NCBI GenBank assembly: GCA_964016885.1
Contig: OZ024753.1
Location: 4,836,001 to 4,900,000 of the forward strand
Length of the DNA: 64,000 nucleotides
DNA from: Eledone cirrhosa
Taxonomy: Eukaryota
Direction of reading: 5' to 3'
Shown here: one piece after another, positions 27,421-41,749 of the stretch
Layout of the letters: each line of letters begins with the position of its first letter
How positions within the stretch are numbered: the stretch's first letter is position 1
Translations under genes and position numbers: made by a program
The notes under the pieces: generated by a model
The model's database searches: none
The model's input: the letters and a program-made list of their open reading frames with translations, nothing else
What the model was told of the DNA's origin: nothing

Positions 27421-30400
27421 AATTATCAAACTATTCTTCTTTATTAAGAATTTTTGGTGATAGTGGTTCCAGTGCAAAATGTATCGGTCATCTGCTTCAG
27501 TGTGAATAAAATGAAATATATATCCTATCAGATGACACATTAACCCGAAATACCGATGCATATTACTTTGGCTCTGCTATTGATGATTTCACCCGGCATC
27601 TGTTCATGTATGTATGTATAAATCCGTAACTCTTGATGGAGTCGTAGGGGCACCGTAATAACACACGGCGTGTTGTGGTATTTTAACCCTAGCGGAGCCC
27701 TTCTCCTCTCTAGGTTTGAACACAATCAATTCAATTTCTTCCAGAGAGAGAAAGAGAGTGTGATAGAGAGGAAGTGAGAAAGAAGTATAGAGGACGAACC
27801 GACCCCGGTAATAGACTTGTACTTTTTCATTGATCCAGAAAGGATGAAAGACAATGTTAACCTTGAGCTATTCATGTACAGGGCATAAATTGCAGGAAAA
27901 ACTCTCATACTTTAATTTCGTTTCTCCAAAATAACTGATATAGAGTGTGTAACTGAAGAGAACTAAGGCTTCTTTCTGCTGCTGCTATTGGAATCTTTTA
28001 TTCTACTGGCAGCTTTAATGGTGTTCCGTATATATATATGTCTTTAATGTAATCCAAATATACTGGTTGCTATTAGCGACGAAAGTAAACCTTTCTTCCA
28101 AGTTGATTATCTATGCCGCTCAATGTATATTAACAAGAGAGTTGGTCTATAGAAAGCTTCCGAATTCCGTTTATATTTATCATCTAGTTCGACGTTTTTG
28201 TGATAATATGCTACATACATATGTCACTGGGAACCATCGTGGTCGGGACAAACGAAATTAAAGATAAACATTTGAGAAACCATGATGATATATATTAATG
28301 TGTTCTTTGAAATCTGTGGAGATTTTGATGAATTTCTAATAGTGAGAGTGACATTTGTTAACGTAAACCTTTTAAAACGCCATATTGGATCAATAACTCG
28401 AAGTATTTCTTAATTTGCAATATAATATATATCGATCGAGTCTTTCTACCATTAGAAAAGAGTCTGGAAATTTCTCAAAGTATACATGCTTGTCAAAAAG
28501 GATGCATTCTATAGATTCTACGTCGAGGAATCTGCAAGGAAAAGACAAATCCAAATATTCTATATGAATTATATTATTTACTAATGGGCATACGGGTTGC
28601 TGATTTTTTCGGACCTTTCCTTCGCAATTAGGGGTGTCCAGGTTCGAAGCCATAGTATGGCACTTATCACATCATGGTATCCTATCTTTTACCATAACAT
28701 CTATGCTAATTCTAAATTGAAATGATATGAGATTGTGTGGCAGCTCATAAAATGCATTATCCCAGTAACTCAAGTTTCAACTTTGAAATACATTGGGACC
28801 TGCTGCTTTACCCTTCAAACTATGTTAAGTATTCACTTGTCTATGGAATACTTAACCACCTACACTTTAATTTATCGAGAATACCTTTCATTTAATCCAA
28901 AACCTGAATGTCATGAACCACTTTATATAATATCTACCACTTTATATATATGTATATATAATATTTATATTAACAGTTTGTCTTAGCTCCGGACTACCAG
29001 CAGTTTCAAGACGAAAATCTATCTAACGCATCAAGTCCATTTGGGAAGTTAAGTCAAACTCTTAATACAAATACTCAACTTCCACATAGTGCGTTAATTA
29101 CTCTTTTCTTTCCTTTGTGTCTAATACCATTTTATCTTTGATTTGGTTAGTCCTTTAGCAAAGACATTAGCTGTCCCATGAGTCTCAAATATTATAAATA
29201 AACATTGAACTAATCAATAAATATACTCACAGTAGCCAACACATACAACTCGTGCCACACATAAATGGTAGTAAGTCCCAACTAAGAAAGAGCATTTCTT
29301 TTTTATTAAGGAAGACAAATTGCTTTAACCGATTGTACGAGTATTACGTTTAAGGCTAGGTTTACACAGAGTATCTGTTAATCAACGTCGTTAAAGAGGT
29401 ATAATGTAACATCTGTTTAGAAATACATTTCATTTCTAAAATTCAATTTGGTAGCAAAATTATTTTTTCTTTAATTCATTGCAACATTTTCATGGCAGTT
29501 CCTTGATAACCCTTGTGACACAAAGTGCTTCTCCGAAATCGTGTTTTTCGTGATGACAGACATATTAATAGTTCAACTTGATTTTACTTGTCAAATCTAT
29601 AAGTCAGGTTTATGCTGTGAACTCAGGCAATTCATATTTAGGAATCTGGGGAAATATGAATATGATGAAATTCTTTCTACTTATATTCTAACAGCATCTC
29701 CACCAGTGCCTTCTATTGACGGAAATGCTCTCTCAACAACGCTCTATATATCAGTACAAACAATCGCCGTTTGCCTAACAGATTTACGAAGCATCTCGAA
29801 GATATTGAATTAAAGTCACAAACAAAACGCTGTCAATTATTGTTTCCGTTTCCCAGAACACTTTATGCGGTAGTTATCTGAATTCAGTCCTGTGATTGAC
29901 ACGGGCTCACCCAATATTCAAATGTGCAAAGAAACGTAATTCATATTCCCCCACCAATCCTTCGTCCCATGGATTCAATTTCCAACCCCAAATCCCTTCA
30001 CACACATAAATATATACCAATAGGCAACACATTTACATATTACATATATATCTTCATAAACAAATTTACAGCACTCTCATGTCATACTCACAAAAAAAAA
30101 GAACTAAACTACACACACTACATATGCATAGGCACACACTATAAATTACATTTTCCCAACACAATATATTACAAAGAGACGCTAATACATAACCACATAC
30201 ACAAAATAAAGTATACACATACTCAAAGGTTACACAGAAACGTAGACAAATATAAAACACGTATATACATGCACACACTAACAGGGAACACACTAGTACC
30301 AAACAATACACACACTAACAGGGAACATACTTGTACCAAATACATACAGACACAGTCCCATTGCAAACACTGCAACGAACATTTTGACACCAAGAAATAG

Positions 30401-30548
30401 ATGATAGATGTAAAATGTATTGAACAGTTTTTGTGTGTTTTTGAATAGCTTAAATAATTCTTCTACGATGCAATATTTATAGTTTCAACATACAATTTCA
30501 TATCTACCAAATATATATTTATCTATTTATATATATATATATATATAA

Positions 30549-30579
<31 letters not shown>

Positions 30580-31287
30580 AATATATATACTATAAATGTA
30601 GAATAAATTCATCTATTCATTTTACACGTGTTTCAGTAATTGCAGGAATATAAGTGGCAATTAGATCAGAAATATAAATGTATGTACCACGCACATAGAA
30701 TTAAATAGGTAAGAAAAATAAATAAGATAGAATACATCACCTAAAAGAGGGATTTAGAATGTTACAGATAACATATGCCATCGCAATAAATGTGTATATC
30801 ACACCAAACTGCATATGTGATGATCAATATGTATGACAACATGCCATATAAATGTGCCGTTTAATATATGTAAGCTAAGACATCGAGAAAGATGTTTAAT
30901 GTTACAGACATCTTCAAAAATAGAAAGAAGTACAGTGGCTGTCGAAGAAAGCCGTTAGTTCTATAAAAGAACAATTGGTGAAGATGATTTAAATGTTTAA
31001 ATTTATGACATAACGTAAGGGAGGAAATTGAATTATAATTTATATATAATACATATCAGTATCTTTGCTTACTGTGGAGTATACATCGCTGATTGTATAA
31101 ACACATTGAGCTTTATAGCGAAGCAGTTTGGGATTGTGTGTTCGGCAAGCTTTCTCAAGGCCTTGAAAAGTCTTGCTGAACACAAGCCGAAACTGTGTGA
31201 TAAAGCTCGGCTATTGAAAGATGTATAGTGTTTTCGTGGAATTAAAATTATAAAGTTTCCAGTTCGGCCTTCTGTTGTTTTTAATGA

Positions 31288-31370
<83 letters not shown>

Positions 31371-32074
31371 CCACACTTTGGTCCATAATTCTGTATACTT
31401 TTCCAACTAATATTTTTTTTAAAGTATGTTTAGCTGCAGAGCCATAAAATGATTTCTTCCCTTTTAAATCAAAATTATTCAATTTCCCTCTACTTGCATT
31501 ATCCAAAGTCCTTGGTTTGATTAAATTCCAAAATGAAGTAGATATAGAAGAACTTACCTTTAATTTGTGTAATAATTATCATTATTAGATTGTGATTTAA
31601 ATATTATATTTACCTATTTGGTGGAGATGTGACAATTTTTTTAAGAAGCAAACAGATTTTTAGAATGAGCTCTACTGTCCTCAGAATTAATGTTCGATGT
31701 ACAACAAGAATATTTTTAACAGATTCTCATCACCATCTATCATTTGAACAGACGCTATAATATATCAAAATTTCCAAAAGAAATTACATCCGTTATACAC
31801 ACTTAATCACATACATCTATAGAGATGTCATATATTAATGTATGTTGGTATATATGTGTTTGTGAACATTGGTTTGTCGCCTGGTGAGTGTATAGTAATT
31901 ATATTATCTTCAGTGGGTAACTTTAGGAACTAACGTCTGATGAATAACAACAATTTTGTCAAGGTTAAATTACCAATACATACAAACGTATTGTTACATA
32001 AATTTGCATATGCACTGAGACATCACACAAAACATTACAAGCAATTAAACGTACACACACACACTTACACACAC

Positions 32075-32255
32075 ACGTATTTATATATAATATATATATA
32101 TATACATATATATATATAAATATATATATACATATATATATATAAATATATATATATACATATATATATATACACATATATATATAAATATATATATATA
32201 TATGAATATATACATATATATATACACATATATATATAAATATATATATATATGA

Positions 32256-32326
<71 letters not shown>
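32075..32326. repeat. Interrupted (TA)n
   Basis: Direct reading. Confidence 0.95.
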
Positions 32327-32327
<1 letters not shown>

Positions 32328-33274
32328 GTATGTGTAACAAAAATAATAGCAGGAAGAAAATAAATAGATTATATAAATATTTTGTTTAACGAAACATTCG
32401 TCATTTTCATTTAGATACTTCATTATACTATATAAACACACAAACACATACATATGTAATATGTGTGTTTGTTTGTGTGTGCGTGTATGTATGTGTGTGT
32501 GAGTGTGTTTGTGTGTGTGTGTGCGTGTGTGTTAGTGTGTGTTAGTGTTGTATGTCCGTATGTAATGTCGTTATTTTAAATGCGGGAACCATAAAGGTTA
32601 ATACACACATATACATACATGTGTAGGTTATATGTGTGCGTGTTTGTGTGTGTGCATGTATTAATGTGTGTATGTGCATATATGTATGTGCGTGTGAGTG
32701 TGTTAGTGTGTATATATCTGTATATGTGTGTACTTACTCGCAATGTAACGTCATTATTTTAAATGTGGGAATCATAGTGAATACAAATTCAAGTTGCGAC
32801 CTCAGTTTAAAAAAATTAATCAACATAAATCAACGTAAAAATTTCACAGTGTAATTTTGTTTCCGCTGTCCTTCGGGACAAAAGCAATAATTTTCCTATA
32901 TGCAATATTTTACAGTAATTGCAGAAGTGCCATTTATATATTTTTCAATTTATTTGATTTCTTTATCTTAACATTTATGTTGATGATATTGATTCTTCTT
33001 GACTCGTTTTGTTTCAACACTTAGCTTTTGTAAAATTCCTTTTCTCACTTAATTTATACCTCTTAATTTATATTCATCTACGTAAGCCAATTATCGTTTG
33101 TGTATGTATGGATGGATGGATGAATGGGTGGATAGATGAGTAGTTGGTGGGGTGATGGGGTTGTTCAGTTGTTAGGCGGATAGATGGATAGATGGTTGGA
33201 TGGATGGTTAGGTGTTTGGGTGGCAGACTGGCTGATTAGATAGGTAGATTGATGGATGGATGGGTGGTTGAGCG

Positions 33275-33327
<53 letters not shown>

Positions 33328-33329
<2 letters not shown>

Positions 33330-33612
33330 CCATCTGGAAACTATCCAGAAGGCTTCCAAAAATAATGGTTGCATTTTAATAGGGTACGTCAAAGCTTATT
33401 TGTAAAACTGTTATATATTGTATTTTGTCTGATGAAGGCATACCATAATTTAATTTGGTATCCCTGAAATATGTATAATGAAATAAATATGGTTTTATAA
33501 ATATAGTTTCCATTTATTAATATCGTATATCTACTCCAAATACTTGTCGAGTGCTTTATATCAGTTATAAAAATATTTACTTGTTGTATCCCAACAATTT
33601 TAAATAGAACTT

Positions 33613-33616
<4 letters not shown>
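33328..33616 (+). mobile_element. Solo PLE pseudo-LTR-like insert within (TA)n
   Basis: About 290 bp of unique sequence flanked by pure (TA)n on both sides; contains an HHR motif followed by AATAAA. Confidence 0.6.
33425..33480 (+). ncRNA. Hammerhead motif, possibly decayed
   Basis: CTGATGA-AGGCATACCA-TAATTTAATT-TGGTATCCCT-GAAA-TATG-TA; stem II pairs at 9 of 10 positions, stem I poor. Confidence 0.55.
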
Positions 33617-33706
<90 letters not shown>

Positions 33707-33837
33707 ATTCTGTCAATATAGCTGACTCCGTGAACAGGTCCCAGTAAGAATCGTCAGAGACGATGCTCGATAGAATGAAGCCAAGCAATGACACGGAAAC
33801 TCTTGACTAAAGAAAGCAAAGAATTTGTTTTTATTTA

Positions 33838-34035
33838 CTGCTATTTTAATTGATAGTCATATAGATAGTCATATTTAATGCTATATTAATAGATAGTCAT
33901 ATGTGTACTATATTAATAGATGGCCATATATGTGTGCTATATCAATAGATAGTCACATGTGTACTATATTAATAGATAGTCACCTCTGTGTACGATATTA
34001 ATGTATAGTGTGTACTATATTAATGGATAGTCACA
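33838..34035. repeat. Minisatellite, unit about 27-29 bp, about 7 copies
   Basis: Consensus GATAGTCATATGTGTACTATATTAATA. Confidence 0.85.
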
Positions 34036-34671
34036 GAGATATAATGAGGAGCTAAGAGATTAACAAAACATGATGACTATGAGACACATAATCAACAACA
34101 TAGCTGATATAAGCAAGACACTCGAACATAACTCGAAATATGACAATGTAAATATGTAACATGCAGGATCTAAGATAAATAGAATTTTGTAGCGGTGATA
34201 CTGAAGAATATGAACAAAAATATTAAAGGCATACTAGGGTTCGCATAAATACAAGCAGTCAAACACAACTTACAAAATACAGCCTCTATTTTATTCAAAT
34301 TAGTTTCGATTCCATAACTTAATTCACACAATACACTTTATGTATAATCATCTCCCAGTCGACATATATGCAATACAATCACCCATCCAATAAAATTACA
34401 TGAATTATAAAATTCCTAATTGACACAATTATCGTCTACTGCTATAAAAACATTCACACAGCAAATATTCTATCATACACACAAACGAAACACTAAACTA
34501 ACACAGCAGAGACAACAGACTGAACTCCATTACAGTGTCTCAAAGGACAATGTTGTATACACTTGAGTATCATATAGCTGCTTCAGATAATATAGCAACA
34601 GCTCACTTAAATCTGCTGAAAATTTATAATAATAGTAATGACAATACCGATAATTAATATCAACATTGGTA

Positions 34672-35190
34672 ATGGCGGTAGATTGGCAGAATCTGTTCAG
34701 CCCCAGACAGAATGGTATCGGCAATTAGTCGCGGTGCTTTACATTCTTATTTTAAATCCCCCAGAGGCAGACTATGCCTTCCATTATACTGGGTTCGGTT
34801 TAACCGACTTTACATCACACAAACTTTGCTGGCCTTATGCCTAAATTATATATATATATTGAGCCGTGGCTTCTGGTGGTGTCATAGAAGGCTATATGGA
34901 TCTACAGTCTGTCATTTTGGGCATTTTTAAATCCATGCCCGGAGCCTATCCCTCTACAAGGCTGAACATATCTGATTTCTTCCACAAGTGGGAGTTACAG
35001 CTAGTAAGTGCGAAAGAGGTATTGAGAAAGAATCGACCCCAGTATTGAACTGGTACCTTTTTATCAACCTCGGGCGGATGAAAGGCAAAGTTGATCTCAG
35101 TGGGATTTGAACTGAGAACGCCGAGAGCCAGAACGAATACTGTAAACCATTCTATTCACCGCCTATTTTGTCTAAATTAGAAACCACTAT
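34672..35190. mobile_element. SINE family A copies in opposite orientations
   Basis: Plus copy GGCGGTAGATTGGCAGAATC...TTGCTGGCCTTATGCCTAAA; minus copy CTGGTACC...GGATGAAAGGCAAAGTTGATCTC...GGGATTTGAACTGAGAAC. Confidence 0.75.
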
Positions 35191-36479
35191 GAACATTTAT
35201 AATATCATATAATGTTAGTGCTATCATAATTACTATTTTCATTTACTATAGCAGCATTTAATAATTAATAATTATGATGCTGATATTCTAAAACACTTGG
35301 TAGCTGTCGTTCATCATACAATATATTAAATAACTTTTTGTCCAAATGTTAAAATCATTGGAATAAAACTAAATGTGTTTGGAAAATATATGTTGTCACT
35401 ATGTTATTTAATTTTGGTTTATCTTATGCATATTTTTCTTTTTCTAAATATCAAATTTATTTCAGAACAACTAATATGCTAAAGATCAAGTGCACTATTT
35501 CTCTCCTTCTTAATTTTCACTGATCCAATTTGGTAATATATTAAAAATGAATAAGCTGTGATAATTTTTTTCTGTTTAATATAGAGAATCTGGAAAATTA
35601 ATAAAGGCAAAATCACTATTGCATTTAATTCTAAAACTTAATAAACAAACAAAAGTCAATAGTTATATTAGAGCACAGACAAAAATTCAATTTCAATTGC
35701 TCTTTCTCAATAAAATATCAAAACACAGCATATAACTAGCGATAAGAACGATATGTGTTTCATTAACGAGTTTCATTAAATAAGTAGAGTTCTCACTTAA
35801 GCCAACAAACATGTTAATGGAGATTTCAGCAGCAGAATGAGTTATGCTACATATTTATTATACCATAGAAACTGTGAACGCAATAATTAATTGCAGTTGA
35901 GAGTGACGATTATAATGAAACATTGAAAACTTGCGAATATTATAAACATTAAGCTAGGTAAATTAAGTCTACCTATGAAATAATTACCTCGTATTTTGGA
36001 GAAAGAATACAAAAAGCAATTGTTAACGAACAGGAAAGAAATAAAAATATAATTTTAAAATATCAAGAATTAACTCCACAAAATATTCAAATTCCATCGG
36101 ATGGGAGAAATCTTTGTTAGCAAGTAATATAACATCTACAGACATGAACCGGTCTTATTAGACATTTTTAGCGAAACATGTGCATATGCTTAGTGGGACT
36201 CCTGGGGTCAGTGAACGGATTTTACAAGTGAATAGATAGTTTCTGAAGAAATTTGGCCGATATAATTTGCATATTAACTACAATGAGCTAGTTGCCTGAA
36301 TATGGAATATTTGGGGAGTTGCTGATGTACTCAATACTAAATGCAAATGCTTCATAATGAATTCAAATTCTCTTCGTAGCTGAAAAAGAATAACAAATCG
36401 CTACCGGTTGTCAGCGTCTCTCAAAGAAAAGGGAGAATTCAATGTTAGTTTATATGTGAAAACACAATAAAAAATTGTT

Positions 36480-36685
36480 GGGCAGTTTGGTGGATTTGGC
36501 AGAATTAATAGAGCATGATATAAAATGTTCTTGCATTATTTGTTCAAGTTCCAATCCAACCGAAGTCAATAGTGCTTTTCATCCTTCCGGGATAGATAAA
36601 ATAAATTACCAGTCATGTTCTAAAGTTAAGTTAATAAAGTTTGCCCTTCCCAAAAAAAGCATTTGCTGGCCTTGTGCCTAAATAA
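36480..36685 (+). mobile_element. SINE family A
   Basis: TTGGCAGAAT...GCTTTTCATCCTTCCGGGATAGATAAAATAAATTACCAGT...TTGCTGGCCTTGTGCCTAAA. Confidence 0.8.
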
Positions 36686-36899
36686 AATAAAGTCAATAAT
36701 TAATGGGTAGTTGTTGGTTAATTAAAATTATGTCTACATGATACTAATTATTTTCCTTCCAAGTCAGAAAGATACTTATTAAAATACATTATGATACACT
36801 ACCTTTTTTTTAATTGTTCTTGTATTCCAACCTATTTCCTTAATAATTAAGAAGATTTGTACTGTATTGTATTACATACACTAACAATTGAATGGGTTA

Positions 36900-37190
36900 T
36901 GATGCGAGAGTAACTAGTACAAACTCAAAATAAACAAGAAACACAGAGATCAACAATAATCATTGAGACGGTCGCAGAATGGGTGACGAAAGCGCTTTGA
37001 CAATTAAACACCTAATCCACCGTTATTATACAGACCGAGAAATACATTAGTTACCTGTTTAATAATAAAACAGAAATGAATATCAACGTGTGCATATGTT
37101 TTATTGGCAGTGTGATTCTCCCAAAGTATAACAATGTCTGTTTCAGCACACGATTTTACATCAAGAATCTTTCAGAAGAATGCAACGAAC
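36900..37190 (+). mobile_element. Family H1 copy 2 (degenerate HHR at 36959-37001)
   Basis: TTGAGACGGTCGCAGAATGGGTGAC-GAAA-GCGC-TT-TGAC and the shared 3' motif TTATTGGCAGTGTGATTCTCCCAAAGTATAACAAT. Confidence 0.7.
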
Positions 37191-38294
37191 TTGTGATATT
37201 AACAAGCTAAAATGAATACGTAAGAAAAGAAAGAAATTGAGATCGTGGATATATCAACGAACGTTGCTTGTCTATAAATTTTCTTTTTATTTCCTAACTG
37301 CCAACAAAAATAACACGTTAAGTATACAATTAACATGGGACATCGTCGTTCAAATAGAAAACTGTTAGATCTTTATTTTTAACATCAATGAAATCAAGGT
37401 TTACATATGAAACTCTTGGACGAAATATACGTCAATAAGTCAATTAGATGATTTACGTTGTTGAAATGTTATAGAAAATTGTACATAGATATTTTACTGT
37501 TTTAGAAAGTCAGGCGAATAATGTGTATAACAAATGTTCGTGACGACGGAAATATTTTGGGTTAAATATGTGTACAAAGATGAATGGCAAGCGATAAAAA
37601 AGAAGATATTCTGTCAAAGCTGGAATAAAAAACAAACACTGACCGCTAACCAAACGAAAGAGAAAATAAGACAGCTTAACTACAACTGCCTGTAAGAGAA
37701 AACAGCACCGACTGAGTTAAAGAATTTTACTATCTTTTACAGACGAAACAAGAATCTACAGACTACAAGAATCTACTTGACTCAAATTTCTGATTGGGTT
37801 AAGAATTGGATTATTAAAATCTCCGATTGGCAGGAATTACTAAGTGCTCAAAATTAAAACACCTGATAAACGTTGTCTAATAAACAATTTTACTTTTTTT
37901 TTTTTTACTTTAAACTTTAAGTAATACATAAATCCAATAGAAAATAAACTGTGACTTTACCTCGACATTTACTAGAATACCACGAATTCATTATAGATAT
38001 GAATTAACAGATGAATTAACATTATAGATATGAATTACACAAATAAAGGAGTTAATAAGAAATCTAATATTCTTTATTTTCAAAAGGTGGAATACATTTT
38101 TTATGTGTGCGTGTATTTGAATGTTTGTGTGGGGAGGAGGGAGGGCATTTTAATGAAGATTATTTTGCCTTTTGTTATTTTTAGCTTCAAACATCGAAGA
38201 AAGGATTTAAAATCTCCATGTTATCGGGGGATAGCTGTTATTGGCAGTTTTATTGCCACTTATTGTCACAATTTTATAGAGAAGCTATATAACA

Positions 38295-38446
38295 TAATGG
38301 TGGGTTGAAACTTTCATAGGCTGACTATGAAGGAGTGATGCTAGAGCATTGTTCCTTTCCGGGGATTATGCTGGAAAATAAACCACATTTAGTCATTCCA
38401 TAAGAGTATCTTAGTCAGTCTATGAATAATTCAGCCGATTCACGTA
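38295..38446. mobile_element. Mariner-type MITE, copy 2
   Basis: TTGAAACTTTCATAGGCTGACT ... AGTCAGTCTATGAATAATTCAGCCGATTCACGTA; internal sequence matches copies 1 and 3 in reverse. Confidence 0.8.
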
Positions 38447-39274
38447 TTTTTAGACTGAAACAATGGAAAGATGATTTACGAATTCCATATTAACGGGATA
38501 TGAGTGTTAGTAGCAGCTATTGCCACAATTTTATAGAGAGAAGCTATATAACATTTATAATACGCTTTCATAAATACTGCCCTCCGAAAGGTTTTCTAAT
38601 TGTGTCTGAATGTGGCTTAAATCAGCAGCAGGGGAATGAATTTATAATCCAGAAAACTATGAGAATACATACACAAAAATCCGTATACGCAATTACTTGA
38701 GTTATAGATTGAAATAAAACATTACCCTGAAACCCCATAATGCGAACATTTTATGTATTACCACAAGTTCTAAACAACCAAAAACATATGTTGCAAATAC
38801 ATGTGAATAAAAAAGGACTCTTCAAAAACCTGAAAGCATAAGCCTGGAAACACATCGTATTATAATGCCCAATGTGTTACACAGATTACAATGTAACTAC
38901 TCGACTTTCAATAACGTATTTTTCTTACCCAATCTTCACACTCTCACAACATTGATAATTCAACTGATTTGTATAGGATCAATAACAGACATTCATAAGT
39001 TTAGCAATGGAAGCTTTAGTACAAGCCAAATAAAAACCATAAATTAAAACATATAATATAGGCTAATATTAATCTAAGATGAGCTACTGATTAATGAATA
39101 TAACTTGTTTTAAATCCAGAGTATGATACAATTAGTATTAATATTCCACCCACATTTCTTGCTACTTCTTATAAACAGGGCTATAATAAAACAGCTTTAA
39201 CAACCATTTCGCCCTTTCCCCACCACATTCCACCGAAAATAGCTAGACATATTGATAGAAACTTTGTTCTCACA

Positions 39275-39318
<44 letters not shown>

Positions 39319-39326
39319 CTGTAAAC

Positions 39327-39404
<78 letters not shown>

Positions 39405-40369
39405 ATATATATATAAATATTTAGATAAACAGAAACACACGTATATATGATTACTATAAACAATGATGTCTTTCATGTATACTAAAATATAATAATAAAA
39501 TATATCATCCATTCTGCTAGACGTAAATATAATCAGAATACATACAATGTTTGTGAATTTAACAATGACGTAACTATAGCTACTAAAATCAAAATAGAGA
39601 CAGCTATGTATCGTTGCCCATGAATATATATATATATATATAAAAAATATCACTAGTTTAAAATTATGACAGACAAAAAGTATAAAACGAACATTTATAG
39701 ATTTAAACATCAGTAAATAGAATAATACATTTCTGAGAATGTGCAACCATCAAAGAAATATAAAAGTAAATCAACATTTTACTTTCAAAATTTATAACAG
39801 ATGCAATAATCTAATGAATGTTTATAGATCCAATAAATAAAAAAAGGAATACTGACACATAAATATATATATATATATATATATGTGTGCATGTGTGTGT
39901 GTATGTGTGTGTGTGTATAGTTAGATACATAGATGTGTGTAGAATATATATATATTTATTTACAGTGACTTTGAAGAGTGGCACTCTAATCACCGGTTTA
40001 GCTTCGCAAGTAAATATATTAAAATATACAGCCTCAATACATAATAAAGGTGTCTATAGAGGCATATGGGATATATTATATATATAAACATTTGCTATTA
40101 ATATTTTAAGCTGTGAGCGTGTCACTACAACATCAGAAACCGCGTGAGAACACCAAACACATGTTTAGGGACTTTTTCTCATCATCGGTAAATTTTACTC
40201 ACTCGGCACTGAGACATGATTAAGCTATAGCGTATAGAATTTTTGCATATAAAACATCTGATGGAAATTCTCATTTGTATATATTGTGAAAATTAAAATT
40301 AATTAACAGTAGCACTAACACAGCATAATAGAGGTGTATATGAAGGCATATATGTGACATTCACGAACA

Positions 40370-41024
<655 letters not shown>

Positions 41025-41100
41025 TTATAAGAATTGGAAGAAATATAGGAAACAAAAAAACTCAATTGACAATTACCGCGCATGAGCTGTCTTTTGGGGA

Positions 41101-41218
41101 TCGAGTTCAAATCCCGCCGAGGCTGACTTTGCCTTTCATCCTTACGGGGTCGATAAAATAAAGTACCAGAAATGCACTGGGTAATTGCTGGCCTTGTACC
41201 TAAAGTAGAAACAATTAT
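41101..41218 (+). mobile_element. Young short SINE A subfamily
   Basis: Three differences from 59172-59279 over 108 bp; retains the GAGTTCAAATCCC B box. Confidence 0.85.
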
Positions 41219-41364
41219 TGTTTCGGATGCTTTTATATATCAAAGATTATTGAAAGGTCTTAGTTCAAAAATTATTAGAAATGACAAATATAACCCTGAG
41301 TTATTTTAATCTAAAAATACATAACGAAATAATTTAGTGTGTTATTAGATAGTGTTAAGATTAG

Positions 41365-41650
41365 ACTGGAGTAATGAAGTTACTCGAACAAAACAGAATC
41401 AAGAGGAGACACAACCGGTCAAAACATTCATTGAGAGGTCACTAAATGTGTGACGAAATCTCATTGACAGTTAAACAACCAGTCCGTTACTAAACCAACT
41501 GATGAATGGATTAGTTAAGTCAACAATAATAAACCCTAAGTGTAACTCAACTGATGCATGTGTTTTAATTGGCAGTATGACTCTCCCAGCGTATATTAAT
41601 ATATATTTCAACACCTAATTTCGCATTAAGAATCTTATAAAACAAATACA
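41365..41650 (+). mobile_element. Family H1 copy 3 (degenerate HHR at 41427-41468)
   Basis: TTGAGAGGTCACTAAATGTGTGAC-GAAA-TCTC-AT-TGAC and the shared 3' motif; followed by (GT)n. Confidence 0.7.
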
Positions 41651-41664
41651 AAACCTACATAAAA

Positions 41665-41749
<85 letters not shown>

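Noticed and set aside
29924-30400. 158-aa His/Thr-rich ORF
   Set aside because: Degenerate CA-rich low-complexity DNA with no recognisable domain.
33711-34065. Solo LTR (TG...CA ends around the minisatellite)
   Set aside because: No clean target-site duplication and no partner LTR or PBS; only the minisatellite is supported.
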